Source: Candidatus Micrarchaeota archaeon CG1_02_51_15
GTDB lineage: Archaea > Micrarchaeota > Micrarchaeia > Norongarragalinales > UBA8480
DNA length: 52,835 nucleotides
Assembly: GCA_001871495.1 (NCBI GenBank)
Contig: MNVG01000016.1
Coordinates: 1-52,835, forward strand
Direction: 5' to 3'
Of the stretch, positions 1 through 7,497 are shown in pieces; position 1 is the stretch's first letter, and each line of letters starts with the position of its first letter. The translations under genes were made by a program, and so were the position numbers. The notes beneath the pieces are model-generated. The model was not told the origin of the DNA, did no database searches, and worked only from the letters and a program-made list of their open reading frames with translations.

Positions 1-276
1 TACGGCGCCCGGCATGAACCGCCGTGCTAAAGCTGCTGCGGCTGGAGAAAGCAAAAAGTATTTTCGTGCTTGCGCAATGCTTGGAAGCAGGAGGATTACG
101 AACTTTTGGGCGGAACGGTTTTTGGCTTGGAATACGTTGCGGACCGCGCGTTCGTTTGCCGCGTCGCAGCCGAGGCCGTAAACGGTTTCAGTGGGGTAGA
201 TTATCGTTCGTCCTCCGCGTAACGCGTGCAGGGCTCGCCTCAAGGCGGTTTTCGAACTGGTTTTTACCGATTCCAT
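1..276 (-). CDS. sua5: Sua5/TsaC/YrdC-family L-threonylcarbamoyladenylate synthase, N-terminal ~92 codons (gene runs off the left edge)
   Basis: The ORF is open-ended, so it is absent from the ORF track. Minus-strand reading from the ATG at 276-274 gives MESVKTSSKTALRRALHALRGGRTIIYPTETVYGLGCDAANERAVRNVFQAKNRSAQKFVILLLPS... The segment PTETVYGLGCDA..N..AV..vF.aK.R is the YrdC-domain signature. Confidence 0.85.
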   Translation of the reverse strand, partial: MESVKTSSKTALRRALHALRGGRTIIYPTETVYGLGCDAANERAVRNVFQAKNRSAQKFVILLLPSIAQARKYFLLSPAAAALARRFMPGAV

Positions 277-1118
277 CGTTTTTGCAGCCTCTTTTTTTGC
301 GGCTTGATTGTTGCAATCAACCTTATTCTATCCAGTGCCGGCGAGTAAAACGAGTGAACTTTTTTTCTAAATTCTGCGTCAGCTAAAAGAGCGTTCGAGT
401 CCCCTACGTTTCCTACGAAAGCAGGCTTGACCAAACCCAGGGTTTGAATATCGGCAGCGTGGGCTGCACCAACTATCAAATGGGTTATTCCTTTTCGCAG
501 TGCAGCCTCGCACATTTGCAGCGAGCGCTCGAAGCAAATTGCTTCACGCAGCAGCGTAAAGTGGGTTTGTTTGTCTAAGTCGGAAGGACGCGAGTAAAGC
601 ATTCTCTCAATGGTTTGTCGGATTGCGTGCTCGCGCGGGTGTTTTGGGAGTTCGAGTTGGCTCATTATGTAATTGGAATTGAGTTTATTTTCGGAGGTTG
701 CATGCAGAAGTGCATAATGGAGAGAATCGAGTATGGTTCCATGCGCATTGTCTTCAAGGCGCACGGCGCGGGTTTTCAAGCGCTGTAGTTTTTGCGCGAT
801 TGACTTGAAATAGGGATGTGGAACGCAAATTTTTTTTCGCGAGTCGTCTCTACCTTTAAGGCCGACTACGTCGGTTTCTCCAGCGATTTTTTGCAGGCGG
901 GAAAGCAGGTTTGCCAATTCGGGATAGCTGACTTGAACTTTGGACTCGAATGCTTTGAGTTGATGGTTTCGTCTTACGATCCCTTTTAGAGTTGTTGTCT
1001 TGTCTTCAAACAAATGGGGGCTTGCCGCGGCTTCTTCAATCGAAAGGTGTTTTACACCCAAGTGGTTTACTCCGAACACGCGCAGTTCGGGCGTTCGTGT
1101 TTTGAGTTCGGAAATCAT
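264..1118 (-). CDS. hypothetical protein; possible TIKI/TraB/GumN-superfamily fold (two GxxH motifs)
   Basis: 284-aa ORF. Its start overlaps the upstream stop (1115-1118) and its stop overlaps the sua5 start (264-276), so it is operonic. FGVNHLG near the N-terminus and LIVGAAHAADI near the C-terminus resemble the paired GxxH motifs of TraB/GumN/TIKI proteins. This is motif-level evidence only. Confidence 0.6.
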   Translation of the reverse strand: MISELKTRTPELRVFGVNHLGVKHLSIEEAAASPHLFEDKTTTLKGIVRRNHQLKAFESKVQVSYPELANLLSRLQKIAGETDVVGLKGRDDSRKKICVPHPYFKSIAQKLQRLKTRAVRLEDNAHGTILDSLHYALLHATSENKLNSNYIMSQLELPKHPREHAIRQTIERMLYSRPSDLDKQTHFTLLREAICFERSLQMCEAALRKGITHLIVGAAHAADIQTLGLVKPAFVGNVGDSNALLADAEFRKKVHSFYSPALDRIRLIATIKPQKKRLQKRWNR

Positions 1119-3064
1119 TTTTTCAACTCGAGTATTTTGATTCCCTGGTCGTCGTAGACGGTTGTAAAACGTGAGTCTGACTCTATTGGGAAATTGCAGT
1201 TTAGGTTGTTGCGTTCTTCGGGCCCGAGGAAGACGAAGCGGCTGGCGTGTTTGTCTAGGGCGAGGATGCTTTCGTCAGGCGTGCCGCAGTAGATTATCCG
1301 CACGTCGGCCTGCCTTTCGGAATAGGGAAGCAAGTGGCTGAAGCCTATCCAGTCGGGAGGAGCAATGCGGAGGCGGCCGGCTGCTTCTATTGGCGAGTTT
1401 TGTTCCCAGTAGTTTGCCACAACTGCTTTTTGCGGTAGGTTGGCGGACATCCACTGCATTGCGCCGTACTCGGCCGGAGTTAGGGCAGTCCACGTTGATT
1501 GCATGCTCCAGGCAAGGAAGAACAGCGAGCTTGCAATTGAAACGGCAATTAGTAATGGCCAGAGGAGTTTGTGGATGCGTGCGAGCGCGGCTGCGGCGAG
1601 TACGCACAGGGGAATCCATGCGTAGGAAAAGAATTTGCTCATGTCCCATTGGAATGCTGTTGCGGTTACGATGTTGGGTACTATTATGAAAGCGGCGGCG
1701 AGTGCGAAAAGCGTTTTTTTGTCGCGTAATTCGGTTTTGCTTACTGAGAATATTGCAAGCAGGGCAAGAAGGACGGGCGCGCCGAAGTTGAGGCAGTAGA
1801 ACAACAGTGCGGCAAGCGGTTCTTTTGGCGCCATCCAGCCTAGCTCGAATTTTATTGAAAGTCCGACTGCGGCTGCTTGTTGTGAAACGAGGGCCGCGCC
1901 TGCGAGTACGGGAAGCAAAAGTAAGGCCGAGGGATTGAGGCGCAATCGTCTTTCTTCAAGTGCTTTGGCTGCAACCATTATCAGAAACGCGGTTGCCAGA
2001 GACACGAATGCCGCGTACTGGAAGGGCGCCAAGAGAGCGCAGAGTATTCCTGCGAGCAAGAGTTTTTTGTTGTCTTCCCGCCGGAGCCCTTCGAAAGCCA
2101 GGAACAACGCGGCTACGAATATGGGCAGTGCAACTGCTTGCGGGCGTTGGACAACCAAGTAAGTCATTGTTGACATTACCGGGAATTGAGTGGAGTGCGA
2201 GTTTCCGTCGTAGTTGGTTGCTGCGAGGAGTTGCATTGCGTTTGCGCCGCCGTTCCAGTCGGAGAAAAACTGGGTCCAAGCAAGGCTTCCGCCGAAGACT
2301 ATCAGCAAGGCGGCAAAGAAAGCAATTGTTTTGGAGTGTTTGGAGTTGTTGCAAAGCGAGAGGGCAAGGCAGTACGAGGCGATAAATAACAGGAAGGCAA
2401 ACCAAGCGTTTTCCAACCGTACTACCGGCGCGGAGAAAAGGCCGGCTGTTTTCGAAAACAACGCAGTGTGGAAGTCTACGAACCAGTGGTAAGACAATTG
2501 CGTTCCTGCAGAGTAAGGCGTGGTGGGCGGGAAGTTGCCTGCGTTAGTGCTTTCGGTTATCGAGAGGTGCACAAAGTAGTCGGCCCAGTTGTAGCCGCCT
2601 ACGGTTATGCCTTCTGGCGAAGGAACCCACAGGGTTTGGTTCAACACTATGAATACCGCAAAGAACGCGATGGCGGCGCCTGCAAGGGGCAGCAGGTTTT
2701 GCTTCAGTTGCTCGGAAGTTCTTTTGCGAGGGGTTTGCTTGAATTCAGTGAACGGCGTCAGTAAGACCCATAACGCGAACGAAGCAAGGATTGTGTAACG
2801 CGAGTAGCCAAAGGCAAGGGAAAGGAAGTAGGCGAGTTGGGTGGATAAGGGAATGCTTGCAACTGCCGAAACCGCCAGTAGGGGCAGGAGGTCGAGTTGG
2901 ATGCGGAGAAACCGGATTAAGAGGTAACCTGGGATAAAATAAAGGAAAAGCAGTCCTGCAACCGCTGCAGGAAGGGGGTGCAATGCTGCTGCTATTGTAA
3001 GCGCAAGCAGGCAGGCAACGGCCTTGAATTGCGGCGAGTCAATAAAACGCGGGGATTGTTTCAT
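1115..3064 (-). CDS. large polytopic membrane protein, GT-C-like glycosyltransferase (DUF2298 / ArnT-PMT-like)
   Basis: The ORF track gives 1115..3229, but its first 55 codons overlap tRNA-Arg(CCG). I prefer the internal MKQSPRF start at 3064. The protein has many hydrophobic helices plus a soluble C-terminal domain. FPPTTPYSAGTQLSYHWFVDF resembles the fPP.DPWfAG..iNYYYfG loop of DUF2298-type GT-C proteins. Confidence 0.6.
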   Translation of the reverse strand: MKQSPRFIDSPQFKAVACLLALTIAAALHPLPAAVAGLLFLYFIPGYLLIRFLRIQLDLLPLLAVSAVASIPLSTQLAYFLSLAFGYSRYTILASFALWVLLTPFTEFKQTPRKRTSEQLKQNLLPLAGAAIAFFAVFIVLNQTLWVPSPEGITVGGYNWADYFVHLSITESTNAGNFPPTTPYSAGTQLSYHWFVDFHTALFSKTAGLFSAPVVRLENAWFAFLLFIASYCLALSLCNNSKHSKTIAFFAALLIVFGGSLAWTQFFSDWNGGANAMQLLAATNYDGNSHSTQFPVMSTMTYLVVQRPQAVALPIFVAALFLAFEGLRREDNKKLLLAGILCALLAPFQYAAFVSLATAFLIMVAAKALEERRLRLNPSALLLLPVLAGAALVSQQAAAVGLSIKFELGWMAPKEPLAALLFYCLNFGAPVLLALLAIFSVSKTELRDKKTLFALAAAFIIVPNIVTATAFQWDMSKFFSYAWIPLCVLAAAALARIHKLLWPLLIAVSIASSLFFLAWSMQSTWTALTPAEYGAMQWMSANLPQKAVVANYWEQNSPIEAAGRLRIAPPDWIGFSHLLPYSERQADVRIIYCGTPDESILALDKHASRFVFLGPEERNNLNCNFPIESDSRFTTVYDDQGIKILELKK

Positions 3065-3103
3065 TTGAAGCAAAACACTGTTAATTACAAAAGGCAGGAC
3101 GTG

Positions 3104-3117
3104 AATAAAAAGAAGAG
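3104..3117 (-). terminator. pyrimidine/oligo-T tract immediately 3' of tRNA-Arg(CCG)
   Basis: The minus strand reads CUCUUCUUUUUAUUC directly after discriminator G (3118). Archaeal terminators are oligo-T tracts. Confidence 0.35.
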
Positions 3118-3400
3118 CGGGCCCTTGGGGACTTTCCCTCCCAATTGAAAAGCAAACACGTTTTCTTTCGGGAGTTAGGGCACGTTCGTAAAGCTCGGCT
3201 TTACGACGTGACGAATTGCGTGCCAACAATTCTCGTGAATTGCACGCAATTCGATCCGACCCTTTTCTTTCTTAAAGAAAAGGAGGTGGCCAATTTGAAC
3301 CCCAGTCTCCGGGTGTTTCCCAACCGCTTCAAAAAGGTTTTGAAAACACTTTAACGGGTATTCGGAACCCGAAATTCTATCCAGGCTGAACTAAGGGCCC
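3118..3400 (-). tRNA. tRNA-Arg (anticodon CCG) with two introns (283 nt primary, 74 nt mature)
   Basis: Hand-folded. Acceptor GGGCCCU/AGGGCCC. D arm GUUC-AGCCUGGAUA-GAAU. Anticodon stem UCGGG/CCCGG with loop UUCCGAA. T arm UGGGG-UUCAAAU-CCCCA. Discriminator G, no encoded CCA. Intron 1 is ~47 nt at 37/38 (about 3315..3361). Intron 2 is ~162 nt in the T-loop at about 59/60 (about 3132..3293). Confidence 0.8.
3132..3293 (-). other. ~162-nt T-loop intron of tRNA-Arg(CCG)
   Basis: This sequence lies between T-loop UUCAAA and U-CCCCA. It contains perfect hairpins: CCUUUUCUUU-AA-GAAAGAAAAGG, GAAUUGCGUGC...GCACGCAAUUC and CACGUCGUAAAGC-CGA-GCUUUACGAACGUG. Confidence 0.7.
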
Positions 3401-3430
3401 GCGTAAAATAATTTAGTGACGACAAGCCAA

Positions 3431-3440
3431 TTTAATAGCG
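3431..3440 (-). promoter_or_regulatory. shared CGCTATTAA(A/C) promoter-like (BRE/TATA) motif upstream of tRNA-Arg(CCG)
   Basis: The minus strand reads CGCTATTAAA 31-40 nt upstream of the tRNA 5' end. The same motif recurs upstream of the next tRNA at 3716..3725. Confidence 0.4.
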
Positions 3441-3462
3441 TCGGACGGCGGAAGCTGGAGCG

Positions 3463-3472
3463 AAAAAAAAAA
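3463..3472 (-). terminator. T10 tract 5 nt downstream of tRNA-Arg(UCG)
   Basis: The forward strand has A10, which is U10 on the coding strand, right after the tRNA 3' end at 3478. Confidence 0.55.
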
Positions 3473-3477
3473 GGCAG

Positions 3478-3676
3478 CGGGCCCTAGGGGATTTTCGGAA
3501 GGGCAGTAGCCCTCCGTTCGAACCCCTGACCTCCGGGTTTCTTCTTTTTGCGTAACCCTTGTTGCGAAAATTGTCTTGTTTTCTTTTTGGGGTTGGGGTA
3601 GACCTTTTTCTTTTCGTAAAAGAAAAAGGGATACCCTTCGAAGCCCGGCGCTCTATCCAGACTAAGCTAAGGGCCC
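3478..3676 (-). tRNA. tRNA-Arg (anticodon UCG) with two introns (199 nt primary, 75 nt mature)
   Basis: Hand-folded. Acceptor GGGCCCU/AGGGCCC. D arm GCUU-AGUCUGGAUA-GAGC. Anticodon stem CCGGG/CCCGG with loop CUUCGAA. Variable region AGGUC. T arm AGGGG-UUCGAAU-CCCCU. Discriminator G. Intron 1 is ~99 nt at 37/38 (about 3539..3637). Intron 2 is ~25 nt in the T-loop (about 3492..3516). Confidence 0.85.
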
Positions 3677-3715
3677 GTTTTTTTGCCTTGCATTATTTTT
3701 TTGGTGGTAAGGGTA

Positions 3716-3725
3716 GTTAATAGCG
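3716..3725 (-). promoter_or_regulatory. CGCTATTAAC promoter-like motif upstream of tRNA-Arg(UCG)
   Basis: This is the second copy of the motif seen at 3431..3440. It lies 40-49 nt upstream of the tRNA 5' end. Confidence 0.35.
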
Positions 3726-3809
3726 CGCATTATTCGCGGTTCGAACTGCGTTTTTCCCGAGTGCGGGCGTTCTTGCCGCATTGGCTTGAGTTGGTTTCGC
3801 CGAAGGGGG

Positions 3810-4961
3810 TTACAACTCGAGTTTCATTAGGGTCCAAGTCATTATTGACGCTATTATTTTGGTGAAGAAGTTGAATGAGGCGACTATGAACGCTATTAGG
3901 AGTGCGATGAACAGGGGGAAGTTGTCGTAGAGTGTTTTCATTGCAGGTACTTGCATTACCTGTTGTTTGACTTGGTTGAGTTGGTAGGCGCTGAGTTCGA
4001 CTGGCACGACGCTAGAAGAGTTGGTAGTGACTTTACGGGCTATGTTAATTATGCCTTGTTCGAGTGCGTCCGACCTGTTTGCAGCGAGTGTGTACACTGT
4101 GTTGACCATTTCTTCTTGTTTGGCTATGGGGAGCTGGGTGAAAGCAGGGTAGGTTGAAGCCATTGACGAGTAAGTAGGTTGTCCTTGGAAGGAAGCTAAT
4201 ACGGTATCGCGTTGTGAGTCGTACTGGCTTTTGACGTAGTTGCGCACCGAAGTGCGGTCGAATGCCGTGTTGATTATTTGGGTTGCGTTGAATTGTGGGA
4301 TTATCATTGTAGAGGCAGCTGCGGCTACGGTTGGCGAATTGAGTTGGTTGAGGGCAAGGTCGGCGGTTCCTTGGAAGAATTGGTCAAATCGGGCGTCTTT
4401 CTGGCCGTTTACTGAAAGGAATGCGAAAACGAATGCGAGCAGAACGAACAGCATGAGCGCGCGGTCTATTGCGCTGTTTGCGTAAGTGAAGTTGGCTTCT
4501 TTTGCAAATGACGCGAAAAAGGCTGCAGAGGCAATGGTTATTGCCATTGCAAAGAAGACGACGAATAGCGCGGGGTAGACGAATCCGAAGATCAGTGCAG
4601 GCAACAAGGTTACGGGAAGGGCGAATAATGCCTGGAGTTTCTTGAGCCCGAACCCGTAGTAAGTGGAAGCTGCAATGGCCAACGCAAAGAGGAGGACGTA
4701 GAGTATTGCGGATATGCTGTACGCTTTTTCAAGGGTATATTGCAGCCGGCCCAGGTCAAATAAGTCGCTCATCATGAAGTCGGCTCGGGCGAACATTAGG
4801 AGCGCAAGTGCGGATAGGAAGAGGATCGCGCCGAGGAAAACCAGGCGGGATTTGAAGTATTGGTCGAAATCGAAGTCTAGCGAGATGGTAATCTGTTTTT
4901 TTGAAGAGTGCTTGGGTGCAGTGTGCTGGGATATTTTGTTAAATGCTTCCGTAAAAACCAC
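3810..4961 (-). CDS. hypothetical integral membrane protein
   Basis: 383-aa ORF. It has several hydrophobic helices in the N-terminal half, a Q/S/T-rich soluble segment and a C-terminal TM helix. I recognise no family motif. Confidence 0.6.
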   Translation of the reverse strand: MVFTEAFNKISQHTAPKHSSKKQITISLDFDFDQYFKSRLVFLGAILFLSALALLMFARADFMMSDLFDLGRLQYTLEKAYSISAILYVLLFALAIAASTYYGFGLKKLQALFALPVTLLPALIFGFVYPALFVVFFAMAITIASAAFFASFAKEANFTYANSAIDRALMLFVLLAFVFAFLSVNGQKDARFDQFFQGTADLALNQLNSPTVAAAASTMIIPQFNATQIINTAFDRTSVRNYVKSQYDSQRDTVLASFQGQPTYSSMASTYPAFTQLPIAKQEEMVNTVYTLAANRSDALEQGIINIARKVTTNSSSVVPVELSAYQLNQVKQQVMQVPAMKTLYDNFPLFIALLIAFIVASFNFFTKIIASIMTWTLMKLEL

Positions 4962-5019
4962 CTTTTATTTATTCAATTGAATGAAAAGAGTTTGTTGTTT
5001 AAAAAACTAAACGGCTGGG

Positions 5020-5739
5020 ATGGAATTGGAAGAAAATAGGGTGAAAGCGGTTTACTCGCGGCTTTTGTCGGCGTTCGGGCCCCGCGGCTGGTGGCCTATA
5101 GCAGGAGAGTACCGTAACGGCGATTATTCCACGCCCCGCAACTCAGCAGAAGCGGAAGAGGTTTGCATTGGCGCAATCTTAGCGCAGAACACGGCTTGGA
5201 AAAACGTTGAAAAGGCGTTGGACGGCTTGCGTGCAAAGGGCTTGCTAATTTTGGAGCGGATTGCGAAAGCGGAATCCAATGAAGTTGCGGAGTGCATTCG
5301 TTCCAGTGGCTATTACAACCAGAAGACGCTAAAGCTAAAAGCATTCGCCGGCTTGGTTGAGAATAGCGACGGCGTCAATGACATGCTTGACCGGCCTGTT
5401 GAAGACTTGCGCAAGGAACTGCTTTTGGTGAACGGGATTGGCTTTGAGACTGCAGACTCGATTGTTTTGTACGCGGCCAGGAAACCTGTTTTTGTAGTTG
5501 ATGCGTATACCAAACGCGTTTTTTCGCGTTTGGGGCTTTTGGACGAAGACGCGGGTTACGCCGAGTTTAAAGATTTTTTCGAAGAAAGCCTGGCGCCGGA
5601 CTTCAGGGTTTTAAACGAGTATCACGCGCTTTTAGTGGAATTGGGTAAACGCAGTTGTTTCAAAAACGACCCCGATTGCACAAGGTGTGCATTACGCGGC
5701 AACTGTGAGTTCGCGCGAAATAAATCGAAAAGTAATTAG
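5020..5739 (+). CDS. HhH-GPD base-excision DNA glycosylase, endonuclease III-like with Fe-S loop
   Basis: AQNTAWKNVEKAL, the helix-hairpin-helix LLLVNGIGFETADSIVLYA followed by VVDAY, and the C-terminal Cys cluster C-x6-C-x2-C-x5-C (SCFKNDPDCTRCALRGNC). Confidence 0.85.
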   Translation: MELEENRVKAVYSRLLSAFGPRGWWPIAGEYRNGDYSTPRNSAEAEEVCIGAILAQNTAWKNVEKALDGLRAKGLLILERIAKAESNEVAECIRSSGYYNQKTLKLKAFAGLVENSDGVNDMLDRPVEDLRKELLLVNGIGFETADSIVLYAARKPVFVVDAYTKRVFSRLGLLDEDAGYAEFKDFFEESLAPDFRVLNEYHALLVELGKRSCFKNDPDCTRCALRGNCEFARNKSKSN

Positions 5740-5747
5740 TTGACGGC

Positions 5748-6389
5748 ATGATGGGTGAATTGCTTGCTCCGCATTTGAGGGCTTGGGAAAGGGATTACCG
5801 CAGCAGGGGCAAGGTATGGCGAGGGACAACGGGCTTTGCGCCGCCGGAATTGAAAGGACGGGTGTTGGAACTCGGTTGCGGCAACGGTAAAACCGCCTCT
5901 GCGCTGTCGCTCTCTAAGGGAGTGGAATTGCATGCGATTGATTGTTCGCCGACTGCAGTACGGCTGTGCGCCGAGTTGGTTAAACGCGTTGGCGGAAACG
6001 CCTGCGTGCGCGAGGCAAACGGCTTGGAGCTTCCGTTTGAAGACGGTTTTTTCGACGCAGTAGTGTGCTTTCATTACGCGGGCCACTTGCCTGCAAATGA
6101 ACGCGTTAAGGCGGTCGGTGAAGCGAAGCGCGTGCTCAAGCGTGGCGGCAAACTGTTTTTCAAAGAGTTCGGCGCAAGCGACTTCCGCTTTGGAAAAGGA
6201 ACGCAAGTCGAAAACGCGACTTTTAAACGGGGAAACGGGGTTCTTACCCATTATTTTTCGGAAGAGGAAGTGCACGGGTTGTTTGCAGATTTTCACGAAG
6301 ATTCCTTAGGGCACGAGAAGTGGCGGGTTTTCCTGCGCGGCACGGCCTTCCAACGCGAGGAAATCAACGCGGTTTACACAAAGGATTAA
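5748..6389 (+). CDS. class I SAM-dependent methyltransferase
   Basis: Motif I VLELGCGNGK, an acidic post-I residue (HAIDCS), and LKRGGKLFF typical of the Methyltransf_11/25 fold. Confidence 0.8.
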   Translation: MMGELLAPHLRAWERDYRSRGKVWRGTTGFAPPELKGRVLELGCGNGKTASALSLSKGVELHAIDCSPTAVRLCAELVKRVGGNACVREANGLELPFEDGFFDAVVCFHYAGHLPANERVKAVGEAKRVLKRGGKLFFKEFGASDFRFGKGTQVENATFKRGNGVLTHYFSEEEVHGLFADFHEDSLGHEKWRVFLRGTAFQREEINAVYTKD

Positions 6390-6454
6390 AAGCGAATGGA
6401 AAAGTCTTTTTAACAAACCCTCATTTACTAATTTACAGTTAGAGGATTTGCGGG

Positions 6455-6604
6455 ATGGGAAAGAAAAAAAAACATTTGAGCGACGTTATTGACTCCGAGC
6501 ACTTGACGCTACTTGGCGTATTTGGAGCCGTTTTCTTCCTCGCAGGCCCCACTATAGCTACTTTTGCCACCTTAGGGTACATGCTGTTTCGCCTCGTTAC
6601 TTGA
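6455..6604 (+). CDS. possible 49-aa small membrane protein
   Basis: Below the ORF-track cutoff. It translates to MGKKKKHLSDVIDSEHLTLLGVFGAVFFLAGPTIATFATLGYMLFRLVT, a basic N-terminus followed by one or two TM helices. A GAGG lies ~10 nt upstream. Confidence 0.3.
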   Translation: MGKKKKHLSDVIDSEHLTLLGVFGAVFFLAGPTIATFATLGYMLFRLVT

Positions 6605-6676
6605 AGCGCAGGCGATATGGCCCGAGCATGAAATGACGGGCGAAACGTATTAAGAGTACGCGCAATAACGAAGTGC

Positions 6677-7309
6677 ATGATAGAACAGCAGTTTATCGCA
6701 ATTGCTTCTGCAGCTTTTGCCAGCGCAGAATCGTTGTTGGGCAGGCTTGGCGCAACTGCATTGATACTTGCAATTGGAATCGCGGCATACGCCGGAACAG
6801 TTGGTACGTTCTATAATTTTTTGTCCCGCCGCGTTTTGTATGAGACAAAGCCGGAAAACCGCAAAGGCATTTCCGGCTTGATCCACCATTTTGGCAGCAT
6901 AGTTGCCGGCATTCTTACTTACACCGTGCTGTTCCCGTGCATTACCTTCATTTGGTTTGCATTGCTTTCCACGTTCCTATTCCTGATTTCACGCAGCGCA
7001 GAACTCGAAACCGTATTCGTAATGTCAATTTCGGTAGTTGCTGCAATACACGTTCTGGCGTACTACAAGGAAGAAATCGCAGTCGACTTGGCAAAGCTTC
7101 TTCCGTTAGTGCTATTAGGCTCGGCAATAGTCGACCCCTCTCTTTTTACAAGGGAATTGATCGAATCGCGCTTGCTTGAACTGGCACAGGCGATTCCAGA
7201 GTTCGCCGCGTTCATAGTCATTGCAATTGCATTGGAGTGGACGCTGCGCATACTGTATTTGATTGCAGGCACGATTGGCCCAAAGAGGCAACCCGGTCGA
7301 AGTTTATAA
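6677..7309 (+). CDS. hypothetical integral membrane protein
   Basis: 210-aa ORF with 5-6 hydrophobic helices and no recognisable motif. Confidence 0.6.
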   Translation: MIEQQFIAIASAAFASAESLLGRLGATALILAIGIAAYAGTVGTFYNFLSRRVLYETKPENRKGISGLIHHFGSIVAGILTYTVLFPCITFIWFALLSTFLFLISRSAELETVFVMSISVVAAIHVLAYYKEEIAVDLAKLLPLVLLGSAIVDPSLFTRELIESRLLELAQAIPEFAAFIVIAIALEWTLRILYLIAGTIGPKRQPGRSL

Positions 7310-7370
7310 TTACGGACGCTACGCCGATTCCCTAAAAAAGATTTGAAACACGCGTTTACGCAGAAGCATG

Positions 7371-7477
7371 AGTGTCAGACGCTATCAACCTCATCACGTT
7401 TGTTTTAGTACGTGGAATTTTTACAGGAGTTCCGCGCACTGCTCTTCAGTGGTTGTTACGAGTCATCATCCGACACT
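7371..7477 (-). ncRNA. candidate C/D box sRNA (2'-O-methylation guide) with a long D'-C' linker
   Basis: The minus strand reads AGUG-UCGG-AUGAUGA(C box, 7469-7463)-13 nt-CUGA(D', 7449-7446)-48 nt-GUGAUGA(C', 7397-7391)-12 nt-CUGA(D, 7378-7375)-CACU. All four boxes are in canonical order with canonical 12-13 nt guide spacers. The terminal AGUG/CACU can pair. Confidence 0.5.
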
Positions 7478-7497
7478 TATTATGAAACGGCTTGGAT

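Noticed and set aside
3065-3229. 55-codon N-terminal extension of the GT-C-like ORF
   Set aside because: It overlaps the 3' exon and intron of tRNA-Arg(CCG). The internal ATG at 3064 precedes the first TM helix.
5736-6296. 186-aa minus-strand ORF
   Set aside because: It is antisense to the SAM-methyltransferase gene, which has a clear motif I.
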